Assembly (NCBI GenBank): GCA_015233195.1
Contig: JADFYE010000004.1
Span: 66,411-130,410, forward strand
Direction of reading: 5' to 3'
Source: Candidatus Omnitrophota bacterium
Lineage (GTDB): Bacteria > Omnitrophota > Gorgyraeia > Zapsychrales > Zapsychraceae
DNA length: 64,000 nucleotides
The notes under the pieces are model-generated. The model searched no databases. It was not told where the DNA came from and saw nothing but the letters and a program-made list of their open reading frames with translations. A program made the translations under genes and the position numbers. Positions 47,475 through 55,812 of this stretch are shown here, one piece after another; the stretch's first letter is position 1; every line of letters starts with the position of its first letter.

Positions 47475-48692
47475 ATGAATAAACTTACAGTAAAAGACTT
47501 GAATTTAAAGGGAAAAAAAGTTATTGTCCGCTGCGATTTTAATGTGCCGTTGGACGAAAAATTGAACATTACTGATGATCGCCGGATTACGGAGTCATTA
47601 CCTACCATAAAATTTATTCTTGAACAAAAACCTGCTAAATTAATTTTGATGAGCCATTTAGGTCGTCCAGAAGGACAGGTTGTTCCTGAAATGAGCTTGA
47701 AACCTGTTGCTGCACGTTTGGAAAAATTATTAAATCAAAAAGTTCTTATGCTTGATGACTGCGTGGGTGATAAGGTTAAATCCGCGATAGGTGCCAGCAA
47801 GGAAACGGTTGTTCTTCTTGAAAATCTTCGTTTTTATAAAGCAGAGACCAAGAATGATCCTGAATTTTCAAAGAAATTAGCTGATCTGGCAGATGTTTAT
47901 GTTAATGATGCTTTTGGTACAGCTCACCGCGCTCATGCTTCAACTGAAGGGATTACTCATTATTTGAAATCTGCAGCAGGATTCTTACTTGAAAAAGAAA
48001 TTAAATATTTAGGGTTGGCAGTTGAGAATCCGGTTCGTCCGTTCGTAGTTATTTTGGGCGGGAAAAAAGTTTCGGATAAAATTATGCTGATTGAAAATTT
48101 ATTGAGCAAAGCCAATAAGATAATTGTAGGCGGTGGTATGGCATACACTTTTTTGAAAGCGCAAGGTGTGAGTATTGGAAAATCAATTTGTGAAAATGAT
48201 AAGTTGGATTTAGCTAAAGGGTTGTTGGAAAAAGCTAAAGCAGCTGGAGTTGAGATTGTATTAAGTGAAGATTATCTGGTTGTGCAGGATTTTGGCAAAC
48301 CTGAAACTAAAAAATATGTTGCGGGAAATATCGACGCTGATTGGGAAGCTATAGATATCGGACCTAAGACTATTGAAAAATTTAAAAAAGTTATTATGTC
48401 AGCTAAGACTATTGTTTGGAATGGTCCAATGGGCGTATTTGAAAATGATGCTTATGCTGGCGGCACCAAGGCGATTGCTGAATGTTTAGCTGGATTAAAA
48501 GGCGTTTCTACTATTATAGGCGGTGGTGATTCAGCTGCAGCAGTTGCTAAGTTTGGTTTAGAAGATAAAATGACTCACATTTCAACTGGCGGCGGCGCAT
48601 CTTTGGAATATTTGGAAGGGCAAGTTTTGCCGGGTATTGCAGCGTTAACTGAAAAATCAAGCGGATGTGGTTGTGGATGCTCATGTTCGTAA
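47475..48692 (+). CDS. pgk: Phosphoglycerate kinase with an unusual Cys-rich C-terminal tail
   Basis: VIVRCDFNVP, MSHLGRP and ISTGGGASLEYLEG. ATG 47475 lies 5 nt after AAGGTGG. The protein ends ...ALTEKSSGCGCGCSCS. Confidence 0.95.
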   Translation: MNKLTVKDLNLKGKKVIVRCDFNVPLDEKLNITDDRRITESLPTIKFILEQKPAKLILMSHLGRPEGQVVPEMSLKPVAARLEKLLNQKVLMLDDCVGDKVKSAIGASKETVVLLENLRFYKAETKNDPEFSKKLADLADVYVNDAFGTAHRAHASTEGITHYLKSAAGFLLEKEIKYLGLAVENPVRPFVVILGGKKVSDKIMLIENLLSKANKIIVGGGMAYTFLKAQGVSIGKSICENDKLDLAKGLLEKAKAAGVEIVLSEDYLVVQDFGKPETKKYVAGNIDADWEAIDIGPKTIEKFKKVIMSAKTIVWNGPMGVFENDAYAGGTKAIAECLAGLKGVSTIIGGGDSAAAVAKFGLEDKMTHISTGGGASLEYLEGQVLPGIAALTEKSSGCGCGCSCS

Positions 48693-48764
48693 GCAAATTT
48701 TTTAAGTTAAAATCGCAGGTATTTAAGCGGACGTAGATAATTCGAGCGGGCACGGCTCGTACAG
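48693..48764 (+). repeat. Truncated copy (left arm only) of the intercistronic foldback repeat family, copy A
   Basis: GCAAATTTT...GCAGGTATTTAAGCGGACGTAGATAATTCGAGCGGGCACGG is nearly identical to the left halves of copies C and D. Similarity stops inside the apical hairpin region. It starts on the base right after the pgk stop codon. Confidence 0.8.
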
Positions 48765-48780
48765 TAAAAAGGATAAATTA

Positions 48781-49545
48781 ATGAGAAAAATAATTATTGC
48801 TGGGAATTGGAAGTTAAATAAGACGATTAAAGAAGCTGTCGAGCTAGTTAATGGTTTAAAACAAGATTTAGCCCAGACTAAAGAAGTCGATATTGTGGTC
48901 TGTCCGGTATATCCAGCTTTATCCGAAGTCAGCAAATTAACTGCTGGTTCAAATATTGGGCTCGGCGCACAAGATTTATATTGGGAAGACGCTGGCGCGT
49001 TTACAGGTGAAGTTTCAGCGCCTTTATTAAAAGATGCTGGTTGCCAATATGTGATTATCGGACATTCAGAACGCCGTCAATTTTTTGGTGAAACCGACGC
49101 GACTGTTAATAAAAAAATTGGTGCTGCATTAAAACATGGGCTAACTCCGATTGTTTGCGTTGGTGAAGTTTTAGCAGAACGCGAATCAAATAAAACTTTT
49201 GATGTTATAAAAACTCAGGTTACAGGCGCTTTTTCAGGATACAGCGCTGAAGACATGAAAAAGATTATTATTGCTTATGAACCGGTTTGGGCGATTGGCA
49301 CAGGAAAGACTGCGTCTCCTGAACAGGCGCAAGAAGTTCATAAATTTATTCGTGATCTTTTAGTTAAGATGTATGATGTGGGAACAGCACAAACCGTACG
49401 TATCCAATATGGCGGAAGTGTTAAATCAGATAACGCGCGTGAATTGATGAGCCAGCCGGATATAGACGGTGCTTTAGTAGGCGGGGCGAGTTTAAAACGC
49501 GACCAGTTCGTCGCTCTTGTTCAAAACGCGAATGTAAAAAAGTAA
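48781..49545 (+). CDS. tpiA: Triosephosphate isomerase
   Basis: IIAGNWKLN, IIGHSERR, AYEPVWAIGTGKTA and QYGGSV. Confidence 0.95.
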   Translation: MRKIIIAGNWKLNKTIKEAVELVNGLKQDLAQTKEVDIVVCPVYPALSEVSKLTAGSNIGLGAQDLYWEDAGAFTGEVSAPLLKDAGCQYVIIGHSERRQFFGETDATVNKKIGAALKHGLTPIVCVGEVLAERESNKTFDVIKTQVTGAFSGYSAEDMKKIIIAYEPVWAIGTGKTASPEQAQEVHKFIRDLLVKMYDVGTAQTVRIQYGGSVKSDNARELMSQPDIDGALVGGASLKRDQFVALVQNANVKK

Positions 49546-49560
49546 GGCAGGTAAAATATT

Positions 49561-49962
49561 ATGATGGGTTTAGTTATTTTTCTTCATGTTGTTGCTTGTA
49601 TTTTGATCATTGTGGTGGTTTTGATTCAGGCAGGACGACAAGGTGGATTAGCTGCCGGGTTTTCGCAAGTTGAATCTTTGTTTGGCGCAAAGACCAGCGA
49701 ATCTTTGGTAAAAGCTACGACGATTTTTTTAACTATTTTTTTGGTCACAAGTTTGACTTTAACGATTTTGTCTTCTAGAAGAGAAAGATCATTATTGTCT
49801 AATGGATCAGTAAAAAAAGTTAGAGCAGCACAACCGGTTAAGCCTATAACAACACCAGCTGCGCAGCCTGTAACAACTCCAGTTGTTGATGCAGCTAAAT
49901 CTGTAGCTCCAAAAAGTACTCAAACGCAAGTAGTAGTTCCGGAACAAAAACCGGTGAAATAA
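49561..49962 (+). CDS. secG: Preprotein translocase subunit SecG with an extended Pro/Thr/Val-rich C-terminal tail
   Basis: Two-TM core with LIQAGRQGGLAAGF...LFGAKTSESLVKATTIFLTIFL, typical of SecG. The conserved pgk-tpiA-secG gene order supports the call. The tail carries AAQPVKPITTP / AAQPVTTPVV repeats. Confidence 0.75.
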   Translation: MMGLVIFLHVVACILIIVVVLIQAGRQGGLAAGFSQVESLFGAKTSESLVKATTIFLTIFLVTSLTLTILSSRRERSLLSNGSVKKVRAAQPVKPITTPAAQPVTTPVVDAAKSVAPKSTQTQVVVPEQKPVK

Positions 49963-49968
49963 TATTTC

Positions 49969-51705
49969 GTGAGAATGCGAATAAAAAAACTCTTAGATAG
50001 GTCTAAATTCTGTCTGGGAGTTTTTTTATTTTTTGGAATATTATTTTGTGTCAATACGGGTTTTGCTGCAGTCCCACAGTATGGTGGACAACTTGTAATG
50101 TCAACGACTAGTGATCCAAAGTCTTTTAATGATATTCTTGCCAAAGAAACCTCTACCAGCGACGTAACTGAATTGATATTTGAAGGGCTGACCCGCACCA
50201 ATGCTTATGATTTAAGTGTTGAGCCGAATTTGGCAGAGAGCTGGTCTGTAAGTGAAGATGGATTGAATTGGATATTTAACCTTCGTAAAGATGTGCTTTG
50301 GAATGATGGAAAGCCATTTACTGCGGATGATGTAGTCTTCACTTTTAATGATTTAATATTTAATCCTGACATCCCAAGCTCTTCCCGTGATATTTTTACA
50401 ATAGACGGAAAAGAATTTAAAGTTGAGAAAGTCGATGAGCACACTATAAAATTTATCCTTCCGACTAAATTTGCGCCGTTCTTACGCAGTATGTCACAAG
50501 CCATCCTTCCTAAACATAAATTAGAAAATGCAGTTAAAGAAAAAAAATTTAACTTTACTTGGGGTATTGATACTCCTCCGTCAGAGATCGTAGGTACTGG
50601 TCCGTTTTGTTTAAAAGAGTACAAGCCTGGCGAGCGGTTAGTGTTTACGCCGAATCCATATTATTGGAAAAAAGGAAAACAGGGAGAGCTTTTGCCGTAT
50701 TTAGGCAGGATTATTTATCTTATAGTGCAAAGTACGGATACCATGCTTTTAAAATTTATGGACGGAGAAATTGATTCTGTGGTTTTAAGGGGAACAGATT
50801 ATCCTTTGTTAAAAGAACGTGAAGCAAAAGGTAATTTTAAGATTTATGATTTGGGCCCGGATACTGGCACGAATTTTTTGGTATTTAATGAGAATACAGG
50901 AATAAATTCAAAAACAAGACAACCTTACGTGCCAGCTTACAAAATTAAATGGTTTAGTAATCCTGATTTTCGACGAGCAGTAGCGTATGCAGTTGATAAG
51001 AAACGTATTTTAGAAATAGTGCTGAATGGTTTGGGGTATGAACAATATTCAGCAATAAGTCAGACGCGGAAAGATTTTTATAATCCTAACGTTACAAAAT
51101 ATGAGTATGACCTTGATAAGGCGCGGGAATTTTTACATAAAGCGGGTTTTGTGGATAAAGATAGTGATGGAGTGCTTAAAGATACGGAGGGTAATAAATT
51201 AGAGTTTACTTTATTGACCAATGCTGGAGCTACTGAACGGATTCAAATGGCTGGGATTATTCGTCGGGATCTTGAAAATTTAGGCATGAAAGTTAATTTT
51301 CAGCTGGTTGAGTTTAATACCTTGGTCAGTAAATTGACTGGTACTTATGATTGGGATGCAATTATTTTAGGATTAACCGGCGGCGGATCTGACCCGCATT
51401 TTGGAAATAACGTATGGATGTCAAGCGGTCAGTTGCATATGTGGTATCCAGCGCAGAAAACTCCTGCCACAGAGTGGGAAAAAAGGATTGATGAAATATT
51501 TATTGCCGGAGTGCAGGAATTAGACGAGAAAAAACGTAAAGTTTTGTACGACGAATATCAGCAAATTGTGTCAGACCAAGTGCCGCTGATATACACTGTG
51601 CTTAATTCTAAATTAGTGGCAGTCAGAAATAAATTCGGCAACCTGCATCCGACTGAGTTTGGGGGAGTATTCCATAATTTGGAAGAAATTTATCAAATTA
51701 AATAA
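49969..51705 (+). CDS. ABC transporter substrate-binding protein, family 5 (peptide/nickel, OppA/DppA-like)
   Basis: 578 aa with an N-terminal signal peptide. Contains LAESWSVSEDGLNWIFNLRKDVLWNDGKPFTADDVVFTF, typical of SBP_bac_5. Start is GTG 49969 or ATG 49975. Confidence 0.85.
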   Translation: MRMRIKKLLDRSKFCLGVFLFFGILFCVNTGFAAVPQYGGQLVMSTTSDPKSFNDILAKETSTSDVTELIFEGLTRTNAYDLSVEPNLAESWSVSEDGLNWIFNLRKDVLWNDGKPFTADDVVFTFNDLIFNPDIPSSSRDIFTIDGKEFKVEKVDEHTIKFILPTKFAPFLRSMSQAILPKHKLENAVKEKKFNFTWGIDTPPSEIVGTGPFCLKEYKPGERLVFTPNPYYWKKGKQGELLPYLGRIIYLIVQSTDTMLLKFMDGEIDSVVLRGTDYPLLKEREAKGNFKIYDLGPDTGTNFLVFNENTGINSKTRQPYVPAYKIKWFSNPDFRRAVAYAVDKKRILEIVLNGLGYEQYSAISQTRKDFYNPNVTKYEYDLDKAREFLHKAGFVDKDSDGVLKDTEGNKLEFTLLTNAGATERIQMAGIIRRDLENLGMKVNFQLVEFNTLVSKLTGTYDWDAIILGLTGGGSDPHFGNNVWMSSGQLHMWYPAQKTPATEWEKRIDEIFIAGVQELDEKKRKVLYDEYQQIVSDQVPLIYTVLNSKLVAVRNKFGNLHPTEFGGVFHNLEEIYQIK

Positions 51706-51712
51706 AAATTAT

Positions 51713-52678
51713 ATGACCAAATATATTTTAAAACGTATTTTGATCGCGATACCTTTGTTGCTCGTGATGTCTATGCTGACATTTTTGCTCATGCATATGA
51801 CACCTGGCAATTTTTTTGATTCGCTCCGTCTTGACCCGCAAATATCCAAAGATACTATTGCCCGGTATGAACAATTATATAAATTAGACAAGCCTTGGTG
51901 GTACCAGTATGGGTATTGGCTAAAAAATATCGGACAGCTGCAATTCGGGTATTCGTTTTTTTACAATATTCCAGTAACCCAAGTTTTAGCGCCTCGTCTT
52001 TGGAATACTTTTATTTTGGCTTTTTCAAGTCTGTTGTTGACGTGGCTGGTAGCCATACCTTTAGGTATATGGGCTGCAGTTAACCGTGGTAAATGGGTCG
52101 ATAAAACTTTATCATTCTTATCTTTTTGCGGATTATCTATTCCAAGTTTCTTTTTGGCTTTACTGCTGTTGTATGTTGTTAGCATTATCGGCGGATTGCC
52201 TTTGGGTGGGATGCATAGCGCGTCGTATGATCTTATGCCGTGGTGGGGGAAGTTTTTTGATTTACTTAGGCATTTAATAATCCCAACGCTGGTAATTTCA
52301 GTAGGGTCTTTAGCTGCAATACAAAGGATCATGCGTGGGAATTTTCTTGAGGTTATGCGGCAGCAATATATTTTGACAGCAAGGGCAAAAGGTCTTCCAG
52401 AGACGAGAGTGTTGTATGTTCATGCTTTACGTAATGCTATAAATCCTTTGATAACATTGTTTGGTTATGAATTGTCGGGCTTGTTAAGCGGCGCGGCTTT
52501 GACTGAGATTATTTGTAATTGGCCGGGTTTAGGGTCATTGATGTTGACTGCGGTACGGTCGAAAGATATTTATTTGGTTATGGCGAGTATGTTGATGGGC
52601 GGGGTTTTGTTAGTATTAGGGAATTTGGTAGCGGATATTTTGTTGGCGTGGTCGGATCCGAGAATTAGGATTAAATAG
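51713..52678 (+). CDS. ABC transporter permease (OppB/DppB-like)
   Basis: MTKYILKRILIAIPLLLVMSMLTFLLMH N-terminus. EAA-loop region YILTARAKGLPETRVLYVHALRNA. The 51659 extension is unlikely. Confidence 0.9.
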   Translation: MTKYILKRILIAIPLLLVMSMLTFLLMHMTPGNFFDSLRLDPQISKDTIARYEQLYKLDKPWWYQYGYWLKNIGQLQFGYSFFYNIPVTQVLAPRLWNTFILAFSSLLLTWLVAIPLGIWAAVNRGKWVDKTLSFLSFCGLSIPSFFLALLLLYVVSIIGGLPLGGMHSASYDLMPWWGKFFDLLRHLIIPTLVISVGSLAAIQRIMRGNFLEVMRQQYILTARAKGLPETRVLYVHALRNAINPLITLFGYELSGLLSGAALTEIICNWPGLGSLMLTAVRSKDIYLVMASMLMGGVLLVLGNLVADILLAWSDPRIRIK

Positions 52679-52840
52679 GTTGAAAAGTCTCCGGTATTAC
52701 GCGGAACGCTTGTTTAACCCGGCGTGTTAAACTACGCTCGGCGATAATTCTCGCTCTCATACGCTTTTCGCGTATGAACCGTGCCCGCTCGAATTATCAA
52801 CGTCCGTTTAAATACCAGTGACTTTTCAACTAAAGTTTTC
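52679..52840 (-). repeat. Intercistronic foldback repeat, copy B (inverted orientation relative to C and D)
   Basis: The reverse complement aligns along its whole length with copies C and D (GGTATTTAAACGGACGTTGATAATTCGAGCGGGCACGG ... GAGAGCGAGAATTATCGCCGAGCGTAGTTTAACACGCCGGGTTAAACAAGCGTTCCGCGTAATACCGG). Its termini are degenerate. It begins right after the oppB-like stop codon. Confidence 0.85.
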
Positions 52841-52925
52841 TCCTCTCCGACCTTTGGGGAGAGGGCAGGGGCCGTTCGCGGGAGCTCCCGGCACGCCCTC
52901 GGGACATTACGTCCTCGGTTGTGAG
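52841..52925. other. GC-rich, strongly self-complementary 85-bp insert of unknown nature
   Basis: By my count 58 of 85 bases are G or C, in an otherwise AT-rich genome. Contains CCTCTCC...GGAGAGG, CCGTTCGCGG and the 12-nt perfect palindrome CGGGAGCTCCCG. Lies between repeat copy B and the oppC-like start. Confidence 0.5.
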
Positions 52926-52944
52926 GGGTTATAAAATTAGATAT

Positions 52945-54042
52945 ATGAAAAATATTACACATAGATCTACAAGTCCTACGGTTGAAGCGTGGCGGAATTT
53001 TTTTAAAGCGCGCTGGGCGGTGGTCTGTCTTTTTATTTTGTTGAGTTTTTATGCAGGCGCATTATTTGCTGATTTTATATCGCCATATGCTTATGACAAT
53101 GAAGACCGTAATTTATCTTACGCTCCTGCGACTAAGATTCACTTTATTTCTAAAGGGATGCCTGCGTGGCCATATATTTATCCGGTATCATTTACTTTTG
53201 ATCAGGTACATAAGCGGGTTTATGTGGAAGATAAAACGCAAGCCATGCCTTTGAAATTTTTTCATTCAGGTGATGAATATAAGTTTTTAGGATTGTTTAA
53301 AACTAAATTGCATTTATTTGGCGTTAAAGAGCCAGCGCGTATTTATTTATTCGGCGGGGATAGCCGGGGACGGGATATGTTCTCACGGATTTTATTTGGC
53401 GGTCGTATTTCTTTGACTATTGGTTTGATAGGTGTGGCGATCTCATTTACTTTAGGCTTGCTGGTCGGAGGCATTGCTGGTTATTTTGGCGGACGAGTGG
53501 ATTCAATTTTGATGAGGGTGTGTGAAATGTTCATGTTAGTGCCGGGTTTTTATTTGATGTTGGCTTTGCGCAGTGCAGTACCGAATAATTTTAATTCATG
53601 GCAAATTTATTTTTCGATTGTTGTGATTTTGTCGTTTATAGGGTGGGCGGGCTTAGCTCGGATTATTCGTGGGATGAGTATTTCTTTACGCGAACGCGAT
53701 TATGTTTTAGCTGCGAAAACTATGGGCTTGTCTGATTTTCAAATAATTGTGCGCCATATTTTACCGCATACAGTTTCATATTCTATCGTCGCAATAATGT
53801 TGTCGATCCCTGGATATATTTTAGGTGAAGCTGCATTAAGTTTGATTGGGTTGGGGATCCAGGATCCATTACCGAGTTGGGGAAACATGTTATCTGATGC
53901 TATGGCAATAGCTCATGTTCAATTGCATCCGTGGGTGTTGATACCAGGTGTGTTTATTTTTCTTACTGTGATGTGTTTTAATGTGATTGGAGATAGATTA
54001 AGGGATTGTCTTGATCCGATGATGCGTGGTGAAAAATGTTAA
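52945..54042 (+). CDS. ABC transporter permease (OppC/DppC-like)
   Basis: N-terminal WRNFFKARWAVVCLFILL, the core transmembrane domain, and YVLAAKTMGLSDFQIIVRHILPH. ATG at 52945. The GTG at 52921 lies inside the GC-rich insert. Confidence 0.9.
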   Translation: MKNITHRSTSPTVEAWRNFFKARWAVVCLFILLSFYAGALFADFISPYAYDNEDRNLSYAPATKIHFISKGMPAWPYIYPVSFTFDQVHKRVYVEDKTQAMPLKFFHSGDEYKFLGLFKTKLHLFGVKEPARIYLFGGDSRGRDMFSRILFGGRISLTIGLIGVAISFTLGLLVGGIAGYFGGRVDSILMRVCEMFMLVPGFYLMLALRSAVPNNFNSWQIYFSIVVILSFIGWAGLARIIRGMSISLRERDYVLAAKTMGLSDFQIIVRHILPHTVSYSIVAIMLSIPGYILGEAALSLIGLGIQDPLPSWGNMLSDAMAIAHVQLHPWVLIPGVFIFLTVMCFNVIGDRLRDCLDPMMRGEKC

Positions 54043-54791
54043 AAATCGAAAAATTAAATGTTGAGGTTGCTGATCGAGCTTTGATCAAAGATGTAAGTTT
54101 TGAAATTGGTCAAGGTCAGATTTCTGCTTTGGTCGGAGGATCAGGTAGCGGTAAGACTACAATTGGTTTATCTATTCTACGCTTATTGAATCCGGCGTTA
54201 AGGATAATTAGTGGTAAGGTATTGCTATCTGGACAAGACCTGATGGGCTTATCAGAAAATGAAATGCGTGAGGTTAGGGGAAAAGATATTGGTATGGTTT
54301 TTCAAGAGCCATTGAATGCGTTTAATCCACTTTTTACTCTTGGCTTTCAGATCGATGAAGTTTTACGTTTTCATACTCAGTTAAGTAAGGCTGTGAGGGA
54401 AAAACGGATTTTAGAATTGTTGGATATGGTCGGGTTACCTGAACCGCGTCGGGTTATAAAAAGCTATCCGCATCAATTAAGCGGAGGAATGCGGCAACGA
54501 GCTATGATAGCTCAGGCAATAGCGGTTAGACCAAAACTTTTAATTGCAGATGAGCCCACCAGCAGTTTGGACGTAACATTGCAGGCAACGATAATGGAAT
54601 TATTTAAGAAGCTCCAGAAGGATTTGGGCTTGACCATGATATTGATCACGCATGATTTGCCTATGGCGCAGCACATGGCGGATGAGTTGGTGGTTTTGTC
54701 AGAGGGGAAAGTGGTTGAGCAAGGCGATTGCATGAGTGTGATGAATGCCCCGCAATCGGAATATACGAAAATATTGATGGATTGTATGTGA
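54036..54791 (+). CDS. ABC transporter ATP-binding protein (OppD/DppD-like, short form)
   Basis: Walker A GGSGSGKT, signature LSGGMRQR, Walker B LLIADEPTSSLD. Confidence 0.9.
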   Translation: MLKIEKLNVEVADRALIKDVSFEIGQGQISALVGGSGSGKTTIGLSILRLLNPALRIISGKVLLSGQDLMGLSENEMREVRGKDIGMVFQEPLNAFNPLFTLGFQIDEVLRFHTQLSKAVREKRILELLDMVGLPEPRRVIKSYPHQLSGGMRQRAMIAQAIAVRPKLLIADEPTSSLDVTLQATIMELFKKLQKDLGLTMILITHDLPMAQHMADELVVLSEGKVVEQGDCMSVMNAPQSEYTKILMDCM

Positions 54792-54819
54792 ATTGAGGTA
54801 AGAGATAGAGAGGTAAAAA

Positions 54820-54987
54820 GCAAATTTTAAAAGTGAAAAGCGAAGGTATTTAAGCGGACGTAGATAATTAGAGCGGGCACGGATCCACGCGAAAGCGTGG
54901 AGAGCGAGAATTATCTTCGAGCGTAGTTTAATACGCCGGATTAAACAAGCGTTCCGCGTAATGCCGAAGATTTTCATAAAAATTTGC
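54820..54987 (+). repeat. Intercistronic foldback repeat, copy C (full length)
   Basis: Terminal inverted repeats GCAAATTTT (54820) and AAAAATTTGC (54978-54987). Inner arms GGTATTTAAGCGGACG / CGTTCCGCGTAATGCC and GATAATT.. / GAATTATC. Apical hairpin TCCACGC-GAAA-GCGTGGA at 54884-54901. Confidence 0.85.
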
Positions 54988-55001
54988 TTAACATACGTAT
55001 T

Positions 55002-55766
55002 ATGACGCCTATTTTAGAATTAAATAATGTTAAAAAATATTTCGGCTCAGTCAAAGCTGTTGACGGGGTGGATCTGTCTATTGTGCCAGGCGAAAGTTTG
55101 AGTATTGTCGGTGAATCCGGATGCGGTAAGACTACTTTAGTCCGTATGATGATCGGACTTTATGCTTGTGATAAAGGCTCAATAATTTTTTACGGTAACA
55201 ATATAACTTCTGCTGACCGATCAGCGCGTCAGTATTTAAAATCTATGCAAATGGTTTTCCAGGACCCATTCAGCAGCTTAGATCCTCGTTATACTATTCG
55301 CCGGGTTTTATATGAACCTATGAGCTTAAAGCCGGAGATGTTTCGATCTGCGTCTGAAAAAGATTTGCGAGTAAAACAATTATTAAAAGCGGTTGGTTTA
55401 TCAAACGACATGTTGGATCGCTATCCGCACGAATTCAGCGGGGGAGAAAGACAACGTATTGCTATAGCCAGGGCTTTGGTAGTTAATCCAAAGATGCTTA
55501 TTTTAGATGAGGCTATTTCAGCTTTAGATGTTTTGATCCAAAAACAAATTTTGGATCTGTTAGTAGAGTTACGAAAACAATTTGCGCTTACTTATGTTTT
55601 TATTACGCATAATATGCGGGTTGCCCGAAAGATCAGCGATCGAATTGCAGTAATGTATCAGGGAAAAATAGTTGAATTGGGTGAGACTGAGCAGGTTTTT
55701 AACGCGCCGAACCATATTTATACTAAACAGTTGATTGACTCTGCTATACAGTATAAGGTAAACTAA
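55002..55766 (+). CDS. ABC transporter ATP-binding protein (OppF/DppF-like)
   Basis: Walker A GESGCGKTT, signature FSGGERQR, Walker B LILDEAISALD. ATG 55002 lies 15 nt after the repeat end and has no obvious SD. Confidence 0.9.
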   Translation: MTPILELNNVKKYFGSVKAVDGVDLSIVPGESLSIVGESGCGKTTLVRMMIGLYACDKGSIIFYGNNITSADRSARQYLKSMQMVFQDPFSSLDPRYTIRRVLYEPMSLKPEMFRSASEKDLRVKQLLKAVGLSNDMLDRYPHEFSGGERQRIAIARALVVNPKMLILDEAISALDVLIQKQILDLLVELRKQFALTYVFITHNMRVARKISDRIAVMYQGKIVELGETEQVFNAPNHIYTKQLIDSAIQYKVN

Positions 55767-55798
55767 CCATCCGTAACCCCAGGGGTTACGGATGGTTT
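55767..55798 (+). terminator. Candidate intrinsic terminator or attenuator (near-perfect palindrome directly after the oppF-like stop)
   Basis: CCATCCGTAACCCC-A-GGGGTTACGGATGG gives a 14-bp GC-rich stem followed by TTT. The T-tract is short and the next gene starts only 15 nt later, so termination may be partial. Confidence 0.5.
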
Positions 55799-55812
55799 AA
55801 AATGGGATATCA

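Noticed and set aside
48547-48935. Minus-strand ORFs 48547..48753 and 48723..48935 across the pgk-tpiA spacer
   Set aside because: They are antisense to pgk and tpiA, which are unambiguous, and they cross the truncated repeat. Likely chance ORFs.
47475-49545. Thermotoga-style pgk-tpiA gene fusion
   Set aside because: pgk ends with a clear TAA at 48690..48692. An 88-bp spacer containing the truncated repeat and an AAAAGGA RBS precedes the tpiA ATG. The genes are separate.
52732-52962. 76-aa minus-strand ORF spanning repeat copy B and the GC-rich patch
   Set aside because: It lies entirely within repeat/palindromic DNA. It has no RBS or recognisable motif. Its Arg/Ala/Pro-rich composition simply reflects the GC-rich insert, and it would overlap the start of the oppC-like gene.
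54512-54977. Two minus-strand ORFs (54512..54823 and 54699..54977) over the end of the oppD-like gene and repeat copy C
   Set aside because: They are antisense to a well-supported ABC ATPase gene and to the repeat. They have no motifs, and equivalent ORFs are not conserved at the other repeat copies.
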